A stretch of DNA of 13,439 nucleotides from an uncultured Nitrososphaerota archaeon (GCA_964480775.1 CAYZRF010000034.1:1-13439), one strand, 5' to 3'. Shown: positions 1 to 6,441, counted from the first letter of the stretch. Numbers and translations are program-made. The notes: generated by a model from the sequence alone, not told the origin.

Positions 1-675
1 CTCATAAATGACGAATTCATACTTTCCAAATCCTAGAGGCCTTCCTCTCATCTTAATTATTTCCATCATCCTTTTTGGAGGACCAATGGAGGTTTCCGTC
101 AATTCTAATTTAATTAACGCATCCGTAATGAATTCTTCTACGCCATGTCCAACGGATGTCTCACCTACTGGAAGATCGGCTATTATTATGGCAGTTATTC
201 CCATATCCTTACATATTCTGTATAACGTGTTGTGGAAGAGAGCCCTTACATCCATAGGCATGAAGAGATTTGTGAGAGCCGTTATAGAGTCAATGACAAG
301 CCTTTTTGCACCGATTTCCTGGATTTTCTCCAGCATTTCATCAAGAACGGCCTCTACACTCGCTTTTTCAGACGCAGTAAATGCTTCTATAAAACGAAAG
401 AGCCCTTTAGATTCAAGGATTTCAAAATTCATGCCAAGTTGTGCCATGTACGAATAGAATTCCCTTTTAGATTCTGCAAATGAAACGTAAACTCCAGGCT
501 CCTTGTACTTACTAACCCCTTCATGTATGAATTTCGCTGCAAACGTGGATTTTCCAGTTCCTGGATTTCCTGCAAGTAGAACGATGCTGTTTCTGACAAA
601 ACCTCCATTTGTAATCTGGTCAAATCCTGGAATTCCAGTTGGAACGCTCTCTAGCTTCGAATCACCCACATTCAT
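1..675 (-). CDS. KaiC-like RecA-superfamily ATPase (single-domain archaeal KaiC/RadB-like type); 3' end runs off the window
   Basis: Absent from the ORF track because it has no stop inside the window. Hand translation of the minus strand from ATG (complement of 673-675) gives 225 uninterrupted codons: MNVGDSKLESVPTGIPGFDQITNGGFVRNSIVLLAGNPGTGKSTFAAKFIHEG...AKRLVIDSITAL...GVEEFITDALIKLE...MMEIIKMRGRPLGFGKYEFVIYE. Walker A GNPGTGKST lies at nt 544-570. A Walker B-like RLVIDS is present. The N-terminal TGIPGFDxxxxGG and C-terminal KMRG-x-(F/Y)xI motifs are typical of KaiC-family ATPases. The plus-strand ORFs 8..457, 232..483 and 503..736 are its shadows. Confidence 0.85.
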   Translation of the reverse strand, partial: MNVGDSKLESVPTGIPGFDQITNGGFVRNSIVLLAGNPGTGKSTFAAKFIHEGVSKYKEPGVYVSFAESKREFYSYMAQLGMNFEILESKGLFRFIEAFTASEKASVEAVLDEMLEKIQEIGAKRLVIDSITALTNLFMPMDVRALFHNTLYRICKDMGITAIIIADLPVGETSVGHGVEEFITDALIKLELTETSIGPPKRMMEIIKMRGRPLGFGKYEFVIYE

Positions 676-711
676 GTGGATACACTTCCGCTTAATAGTC
701 TCGAGTTTGTT

Positions 712-722
712 GATTTTTAAGG
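712..722 (-). promoter_or_regulatory. TATA-like box (minus-strand CCTTAAAAATC) upstream of the KaiC-like gene
   Basis: A/T-rich octamer TTAAAAAT, centred about 42 nt upstream of the ATG at 675. Spacing fits an archaeal promoter with a short leader. Sequence pattern only. Confidence 0.4.
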
Positions 723-731
723 TAAATGTTA

Positions 732-786
732 CTTAGAGTTAAATGTCATACGAGTTTTTATGAACTCTAAGAACTTAACGGTTAAC
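732..786. repeat. Two adjacent inverted repeats in the 230-nt spacer between paralog A and the KaiC-like gene
   Basis: Perfect 9-bp arms CTTAGAGTT (732-740) and AACTCTAAG (763-771), separated by 22 nt. Immediately after comes TTAAC-g-GTTAA (775-785). Verified base by base. Confidence 0.6.
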
Positions 787-905
787 TAAACCTCTTTAAG
801 AACAGATACTACTTGCGCCTGTAATGCATAACTCTTGCATTGTTTTTGTTTAGCTCATGGGGAAAGATCCTATCTCTGACAACTCACTCTTGGGAAAAAG
901 AGCAA

Positions 906-1898
906 CTAAAAGATTGGAAAGGGAATTTCTGAACCTAAAAGACCTGCCAACTTCTTTTTAAGATCCTCTAAGTCCTTAGCTTCGACCATCTCTATTCCAA
1001 ACGATTTTACAAAGCCCTTTGTCTCTTTTGAGAACTTTTTGGTTGAAGCGAGGACAAACCTCTTTTCTCCTCCTTCTGGCGATCTAGAGACATCTATAAT
1101 TTTTGTTATGAAAGGTGCAACTTCCTCTGGTGAGAGGGCTCCTTTTCCGCCGTAGATATCCACTAAGTATTCCTTCCCATCCTTCATGGCTCTAAGGGAA
1201 AAAGTGTGGGTGACCCCAGACATCCCCTTAACTGATGGCTTAACGGTTACGCTGAAGCCCTTGCTCTTCAGATCATCCGAAAACATTGATGGCTTAGCTA
1301 CAAGCTTAGAAAGCTCATCCAAGGCCTCTGGATTAAGCCTATAGGAATAGAGACCTTTTCTTTTTGCTTCTCTCTCAAGGAACCTATGCCTGTACTTTAT
1401 GCAAATGTACACCATCTCTGTTTGGAAGAAACTTCCACAAGACTTACACCTAAACATGTCTTCAATTAATTTGTATTCTTCCTCAGGCAATTTAAGTAGT
1501 TCCCCGCATTTGGGGCACTTCAAGCTGCCATCCTGCTGAACGAACTTGTCTACGAAGTCTACGTGTCCACATTTAATGTGTTTAATGGCATCTCCTTTCT
1601 CAAGAACTAAAGAACCACAAAAAGGACATGCAGGCTGGCTCATACGAACAGAAGAACCACAACGAGGACATATAACTTGTTCTCCAATCTTTTTCCTTAT
1701 AAGAATTCCTTGCTCTGCCAATTCCTCCAGAATTTTCTCAGAAGGGTCCAATCCTAAAGATTCTAACTCTCGATAGATATATCCTCTATATGGATCAAAT
1801 TCAGGTGTCAATTCATAATTTTGATGATCTAAAAGCCACTCTAGGAATATCCTAATGTCTTCTCTTTTGGAAACAACCGAAGTCAACATGCCAATCAC
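906..1898 (-). CDS. wHTH + multi-Zn-ribbon + alpha/beta C-terminal domain protein, paralog A (function unknown, regulator-like)
   Basis: The ORF begins at GTG (1898). The N-terminal alignment with paralog B (MLTSVVSKREDIRIFLEWLL vs MSTSKLFEREDVRTLLEWLL) favours ATG at 1889. An N-terminal helix-rich wHTH-like segment (ILEELAEQGILIRKK) is followed by CPRC...CPFC, HxxC...CPKC and CKSC...CIKY (nt 1392-1670). A conserved C-terminal domain follows (GVTHTFSLRA...YLVDIYGGKG...APFITKIIDV...FGIEMVEAKDLEDL). Confidence 0.85.
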   Translation of the reverse strand: MIGMLTSVVSKREDIRIFLEWLLDHQNYELTPEFDPYRGYIYRELESLGLDPSEKILEELAEQGILIRKKIGEQVICPRCGSSVRMSQPACPFCGSLVLEKGDAIKHIKCGHVDFVDKFVQQDGSLKCPKCGELLKLPEEEYKLIEDMFRCKSCGSFFQTEMVYICIKYRHRFLEREAKRKGLYSYRLNPEALDELSKLVAKPSMFSDDLKSKGFSVTVKPSVKGMSGVTHTFSLRAMKDGKEYLVDIYGGKGALSPEEVAPFITKIIDVSRSPEGGEKRFVLASTKKFSKETKGFVKSFGIEMVEAKDLEDLKKKLAGLLGSEIPFPIF

Positions 1899-1928
1899 AA
1901 ATGAACCTGTTATTTTTCAGAAACCATA

Positions 1929-1940
1929 TCTTTTAAAAAT
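1929..1940 (-). promoter_or_regulatory. TATA-like box for paralog A (minus-strand ATTTTTAAAAGA)
   Basis: Contains TTTAAAAGA, the same 9-mer found upstream of paralog B. It ends 31 nt upstream of GTG 1898 and 40 nt upstream of ATG 1889. Confidence 0.45.
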
Positions 1941-2040
1941 ATCCTAAAAAATTAGGATCATAATGCCCTGTCCACGTGTACAATCCATTCTTAAACTCAG
2001 AAAACATGTATTTATGACGTACCTACAAGGAATTCAGTTA

Positions 2041-2095
2041 AAGAAAAACGATTCGGCTTCAAACTCTGAGATAAGGATGATGACTCACTAGTCAT
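2041..2095 (-). terminator. Putative terminator after the GT2 gene
   Basis: A 6-bp stem ATGACT/AGTCAT with a 4-nt loop lies at 2080-2095, just after the stop codon (2098-2100). A minus-strand T5 run follows (plus-strand AAAAA at 2044-2048). Archaeal termination typically uses oligo-T. Confidence 0.4.
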
Positions 2096-2097
2096 TA

Positions 2098-3345
2098 TTA
2101 CTTCCAACGAATTTCCCTCTTGAGCAGACCGTCCAAATATCCTTTCAGACGAACCAACCCATGAATAGGCCTGTAAAATAGTATGGCCAGTGGCAAAACG
2201 AAGAGTACCCAAAATTCGCCTCTTTTTGGTGTTAAAATCCATGAAACAATTCCTAGGATGAGTTCGTTGATGAAGTAAAAGGGGATCATCAAGCCGTAAA
2301 CTGCAAAAGTAAGTTCGGGATGAAACGCTAGAAAATAAATTAACCAGATCAACTTCAAGCTAGTTGCCGCAAGATCATAAAAAACCATAGAAGGTACTCC
2401 AAGAAGGCCTGGGGTTCCAAAGAACGGATTGAATAGCAGGTCTCTGTGTTTGATAAGGGTTTCCAACTGCCCCTTTGACCACCTAATCCTCTGATTCATC
2501 CAATCTCTAAATGTCTCGGGGGCTCTTGTCCATGCAACTGCTTGCGGGGAAAACCTGACCCTCATCCTCGTTTTGTGTATTTTCAGTGTAAAATCGAAGT
2601 CTTCTGTTATAGTATCAGCGTCAAACATTCCAGTGGAAGTCAAGACTCTTCTCTTTGCCGCACCGTAGGCCCCAGGGATTATTAGGACGGTTCCTACAAG
2701 GCCATAAAACCTTCTTCCACTCTCCATACTTGTCATATATTCGTAGGCTTGAAGCTTGCACCAGAGAGATTCTCTATTAAGCACCTTAACGTTTCCCGCA
2801 ACGCCTCCTGTGTTAGGAAGCTGAAAGAACTTTACAAGTTCCCATAGGCTACCTCTTTCTATTAGCGTGTCTGCATCCATCACGACAACTATTTCACCTC
2901 TCGAAAACATCAACCCATAGTTCACTGCATATGCCTTTTTTCCACTTGGAGGCCTCCTCAGCAGCCTTATTTTTCCCTCTTTAGCGTATTTTGATGCTAT
3001 TTCATAGGTTCTGTCTGTTGAACCATCATCGACGACAATGACTTCCTTGTTTGGATACGGATCCTCAAGAACGGACAATATGCACCCCTCTATAGTCTCC
3101 TCCTCGTTATGAGCTGGGATTATCACTGAAATACTAGGAAAATAACTTTTCGTGAAGCCATATGGTCTAATTCTCCTGTATAGTTCGTGAAGGGGGAGCA
3201 CTATAGCCTTCGTAATCGTTCGAGTTAGGTCAAAGAGTATAGGAACAAGCAGGATGGAAATTGCTTGTTTGGGAGCGACTCCTAAGAAATTTAGGTATTC
3301 AAGGACTAAGTTCTTTACAAAATCCAAGACCATATGAATTCTCAC
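2098..3345 (-). CDS. Processive family-2 glycosyltransferase, PgaC/IcaA/NodC-like beta-glycan (probably hexosamine polymer) synthase, membrane-embedded
   Basis: 415 aa. Motifs: IIPAHNEE; VVDDGSTD (DDG at aa 106-108); DAD (nt 2869-2877, verified); TITEDFDF (TED at aa 247-249); PET...QRIRW (nt 2479-2493, verified). Has an N-terminal TM helix and about 3 C-terminal TM helices. Start is GTG 3345, directly after the upstream stop. An alternative ATG at 3333 is preceded by a GTGAG Shine-Dalgarno-like element (SD-like). Confidence 0.9.
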   Translation of the reverse strand: MRIHMVLDFVKNLVLEYLNFLGVAPKQAISILLVPILFDLTRTITKAIVLPLHELYRRIRPYGFTKSYFPSISVIIPAHNEEETIEGCILSVLEDPYPNKEVIVVDDGSTDRTYEIASKYAKEGKIRLLRRPPSGKKAYAVNYGLMFSRGEIVVVMDADTLIERGSLWELVKFFQLPNTGGVAGNVKVLNRESLWCKLQAYEYMTSMESGRRFYGLVGTVLIIPGAYGAAKRRVLTSTGMFDADTITEDFDFTLKIHKTRMRVRFSPQAVAWTRAPETFRDWMNQRIRWSKGQLETLIKHRDLLFNPFFGTPGLLGVPSMVFYDLAATSLKLIWLIYFLAFHPELTFAVYGLMIPFYFINELILGIVSWILTPKRGEFWVLFVLPLAILFYRPIHGLVRLKGYLDGLLKREIRWK

Positions 3346-4128
3346 TTACTCTACGACCCTAACCAAGAATTCGCAGTATGGATCTCCTCTAGAAATGCAC
3401 TTCCTTTCATCAACCGTGCAATCAGAGCCAAACACACCACTAAAGAACCCTGCTATAACCCCCCTGATAAACTGACTTCCCTTCATATCCCTTGAAAGAG
3501 CGCATTCAAAGTTCTTTTCCAGCCTAATTACAGCGATTTCATTGTCCAAGTCTATCTTGAAGGAAGATCCACTAACCCAACCCAAACTCTGAATTATGTC
3601 TAAGGCAGCCTGAATTAGCTCTTTGCCCTCAAGTCCGAGCCTTCTCTTCCATATCTCATAGGCTTCTCTGCCTCCTCCGTAACCCAGGTGATAAATGAAG
3701 ACCCTTCCGCCAGTTCCCCACCTCTTGTATATGTCCGCAAATATGCCAACGAGCCAATCAGCCCTGAAAAGCACCGCTCTCTCATCGAAGAACTCCAGCG
3801 TGGAGTGATGAACGTCTAAGAAAAGGGGCTTATCTAAAGCGGGAGTCCAAGCTATCTTTCTAACTCCTCCTACTTTTGCCAAGTCCGATGCAAGCTCATC
3901 TGGGTTGGTATCACCTAGATCTGCGAAAAAGCACCACCACGTGGCATTTGGCTCCTCGGACTTGTGATGAACCCCGTAAAGTATGTTGATCCCTCTCTTA
4001 GCTATCACATCAGAGACTTTGGCCAACATTCCTGGAATGTCTTCCATCAAAATCGAGACCTCTACCAGCTTCCTACCTTTGAGTTCAACAACCCTCCATA
4101 GAGGCAACTTGTGCATGGGATCAGGCAT
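3346..4128 (-). CDS. ACT domain + V4R (4-vinyl-reductase-type) small-molecule-binding domain protein
   Basis: 260 aa. The ACT-like beta-alpha-beta-beta-alpha-beta segment VEVSILMEDIPGMLAKVSDVIAKRGINILYG spans about nt 3850-4068. The C-terminal V4R pattern spans about nt 3355-3816 and ends in the hallmark C-x6-C-x7-C / GDPYCEF (CTVDERKCISRGDPYCEFLV). The stop TAA (3346-3348) is immediately followed by the GT2 start. Confidence 0.8.
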   Translation of the reverse strand: MPDPMHKLPLWRVVELKGRKLVEVSILMEDIPGMLAKVSDVIAKRGINILYGVHHKSEEPNATWWCFFADLGDTNPDELASDLAKVGGVRKIAWTPALDKPLFLDVHHSTLEFFDERAVLFRADWLVGIFADIYKRWGTGGRVFIYHLGYGGGREAYEIWKRRLGLEGKELIQAALDIIQSLGWVSGSSFKIDLDNEIAVIRLEKNFECALSRDMKGSQFIRGVIAGFFSGVFGSDCTVDERKCISRGDPYCEFLVRVVE

Positions 4129-4182
4129 CTCTTCCGCACTCCCTTTTTCTGATGAAGTTGAAAGGATAAAAAACTATACAAT

Positions 4183-5043
4183 TCAGCCCAGAATGAAGGT
4201 ATAGTATATCAAATTCAGGAAGAACAGTAACAACATGGAAACAGTTACCCTAGATCCTGTTTTGCCGTACATGGTTTCCACACCTCGCCATAACGTTATG
4301 AACTTCATCAACAGAGGGGAGATTAATGCAAACAATATGACGATCGAAAGAGTTAGGGGAGATAACTTTACCAAATGAGAATAAAATTGGAGAATGGGAA
4401 TCCCAAAAAGACCCAAAAATAACAAGTGAGCGAAATCTGCTGTAAGAACAATTTTCGAACCCTTTATGGCCTCAGAGAATTCAGGTTTACTTATTAACAT
4501 GCCAGCAAGCAGACCAATAGCAAGACTTTGTGCTATGAAAAGCATTGTGCCTAACAATAAGCCAAAGAAGCCCCTTAGAAAGGGTAAGTTCTGAAATAAT
4601 GTTGGAGGCAAGAAGAAGTTCGCAATTCTCTCGCCAAGAGCCGATAAAGCTAATCCGAACTCCAAACTGTAGCCCTGTCTTGCAACCAATGACGAAAAAA
4701 CAGAAATTAATGTCCCAACAGCAAACACCTTCCAAACTAGAATTCTAACAGGAGTATTTGATACCTTTTGGAAGAATTCCCTCGCTTTAGCTTCAGAGAA
4801 GGGCGTCAGGATGGAGGTAAATATGCTTGGAGCTCTTAATTGCTCAACTCTTCTATCTTTCTTTTCAACCCTGGGAGGCTCAACAAAAGAAAAAGCTTCT
4901 AAAAGCTCTGCTTGAAGATTAACTACAGCTCTCATGAGATCTATTGCCTCATCTAACTGAGAGTTTGTCGAAGGTGCGCTGACGTATTCCAGCTTGTCTC
5001 TAAGATTCATCATCATCCCTTGGGATATTAGAACCACTTCCAT
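4183..5043 (-). CDS. Multi-pass (about 5 TM) membrane protein with a roughly 100-aa cytoplasmic helical N-terminus, unknown family
   Basis: 286 aa. Hydrophobic segments: VRILVWKVFAVGTLISVFSSLVA, FFGLLLGTMLFIAQSLAIGLLAGMLI, FAHLLFLGLFGIPILQFY, LTLSIVILFALISPLLMKFITL, VTVSMLLLFFLNLIYYTFILG. The topology resembles Yip1-type proteins, but I cannot verify that. Alternative Met starts lie at aa 10-12. Confidence 0.75.
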   Translation of the reverse strand: MEVVLISQGMMMNLRDKLEYVSAPSTNSQLDEAIDLMRAVVNLQAELLEAFSFVEPPRVEKKDRRVEQLRAPSIFTSILTPFSEAKAREFFQKVSNTPVRILVWKVFAVGTLISVFSSLVARQGYSLEFGLALSALGERIANFFLPPTLFQNLPFLRGFFGLLLGTMLFIAQSLAIGLLAGMLISKPEFSEAIKGSKIVLTADFAHLLFLGLFGIPILQFYSHLVKLSPLTLSIVILFALISPLLMKFITLWRGVETMYGKTGSRVTVSMLLLFFLNLIYYTFILG

Positions 5044-5139
5044 ATTATAAAAGTATGCAACTAGAAACTGTTCTTGATTATATCAATGACAAAGAGTGCA
5101 TCATCTATGGCAATCAAAACCACGCAACATAATAGAAAC

Positions 5140-6441
5140 TTAAGCGTATTCTAGCTTGCTTTGTATTTTCTCCTTTACATCTCTTATTTTCCTCAGTAAT
5201 GGGATAAATCTCTCTCCTCCTTCTTTCTTAGTCAAGCTCATAGCTAACATCTCCATTTGCTCTACAACATTAAGAAGACTCTTGTAAAATTCAGGACCAG
5301 GCTCAACAGCCTTATCGGCCATCTTTTCTTCGATTTCTCTTATCTTTTTGAAACTTGCAGCTAACTCTCGATGTTCTCTAGGTAGGACTTCTTCTATGTC
5401 AACTTCTGGAGCCGAAACTCTCCTTGTTTCTGGGACAAGAGCTTTAGTTTCTACGGGAACTGGGAGATGAATCTCAGATTCTATATGATCCGCAAGTCTT
5501 TTCTTCAGATCGTTAATATCTCCAGCCTCGATAATCTCTATACCAAAGGATTTGGCAATGTTCTTTGCATCATCTGAAACTCTTTGCGTCGAAGCTAAAA
5601 TGTATCTTCTTTGTCCCTCTTTTCCAGGCATCCCTGAAAGATCTATAACTTTTGTTATGAAAGGAGCTACGTTTTCCGAAGAAAGAATACCTTTTCCGCC
5701 ATATATGTCTACTAAATACTCAGTTCCGTTCTTTTTAGCCCTCAACGAGAAAGTATGCGTAACTCCAGATTTACCTCTCACTGAAGGCTTTCCTACGACC
5801 TTAAATCCTCTATTTTCCAGCTCTCCTGAGAACATTGATGGCCAGAAAATCAGCTCAGATAGTTTTCTTAATGCGTCGGGTTTTATTTTGTAGGAGTAAA
5901 GGGTCTTCATCTTTCCTTCTTTTTCCTTGAACTTATGATGACATTTAACACAGAGATATACTTTCTCGGGTGCTTCAAAGAAGTTGCCGCAAGATTTACA
6001 CTTGAAAATATCTCCAAGTCTTCTATAATCCTTACCAATCAGTCTAAGAGTCTTCCCACAACTTGGACATTTGAGGCTGCCGTCTGGCTGTAGGAACTCT
6101 TCCTCAAAACCAACGTAACCGCAGCCATAGTGCTCGATAACTTCTCCTTTCTGAAGATTGGAAGAACCACAATACGAACATGCTTGCTGGGTTATGTGAA
6201 GGGGGGATTCACACTTCGGACATACCAAGTATTCTCCTACCTTTTCTTTTGTCAGAATTCCTTGTTTCGCAAGTTCTTCTAGGATTTTACCGCTAGGATC
6301 TAATCCTAACAACTCTAATTCAGGGTAAATGTAGCCTCTAGATGGATGCAGTTCAGGTGAGAGTTCCATATCTTGGTTCTCTAGCAGCCATTCGAGTAGT
6401 GTTCTGACATCTTCCCTTTCAAAGAGTTTTGATGTCGACAT
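5140..6441 (-). CDS. wHTH + multi-Zn-ribbon + alpha/beta C-terminal domain protein, paralog B, with an extra C-terminal helical extension
   Basis: 433 aa, colinear with paralog A over about 320 aa. Cys/His ligand set: CPKC...CSYC, HxxC...CPSC, CKSC...CVKC (nt 5941-6222). A 52-aa hand-aligned stretch (KPSV..IDLS) is 42/52 identical to paralog A. The C-terminal roughly 110 aa (nt 5143-5469) has no counterpart in A. Confidence 0.9.
   Translation of the reverse strand: MSTSKLFEREDVRTLLEWLLENQDMELSPELHPSRGYIYPELELLGLDPSGKILEELAKQGILTKEKVGEYLVCPKCESPLHITQQACSYCGSSNLQKGEVIEHYGCGYVGFEEEFLQPDGSLKCPSCGKTLRLIGKDYRRLGDIFKCKSCGNFFEAPEKVYLCVKCHHKFKEKEGKMKTLYSYKIKPDALRKLSELIFWPSMFSGELENRGFKVVGKPSVRGKSGVTHTFSLRAKKNGTEYLVDIYGGKGILSSENVAPFITKVIDLSGMPGKEGQRRYILASTQRVSDDAKNIAKSFGIEIIEAGDINDLKKRLADHIESEIHLPVPVETKALVPETRRVSAPEVDIEEVLPREHRELAASFKKIREIEEKMADKAVEPGPEFYKSLLNVVEQMEMLAMSLTKKEGGERFIPLLRKIRDVKEKIQSKLEYA

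Noticed and set aside
1-675. Alternative reading of the ATPase as RadA/RadB recombinase
   Set aside because: There is no N-terminal HhH domain (RadA). The TGIPGFD...GG start and KMRG C-terminal block fit KaiC-like proteins. RadB cannot be fully excluded without a phylogeny, so the call is kept generic (KaiC-like RecA-superfamily).
8-736. Track ORFs 8..457(+), 232..483(+), 503..736(+) and 429..623(-)
   Set aside because: All overlap the uninterrupted 225-codon minus-strand frame with clear KaiC-family Walker A/B motifs (1-675). Their translations have no recognisable motifs and odd compositions. They are shadow ORFs.
906-6441. Reading the Zn-ribbon paralogs (nuclease-fold-like C-terminus) plus the KaiC-like ATPase as an anti-phage defence system
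   Set aside because: The putative restriction-endonuclease-fold domain lacks a recognisable D...(D/E)xK catalytic set. There is no methylase, helicase or other effector. The embedded genes are a polysaccharide synthase and metabolite-binding proteins. A regulatory role fits better, but only structure and profile searches can settle it.
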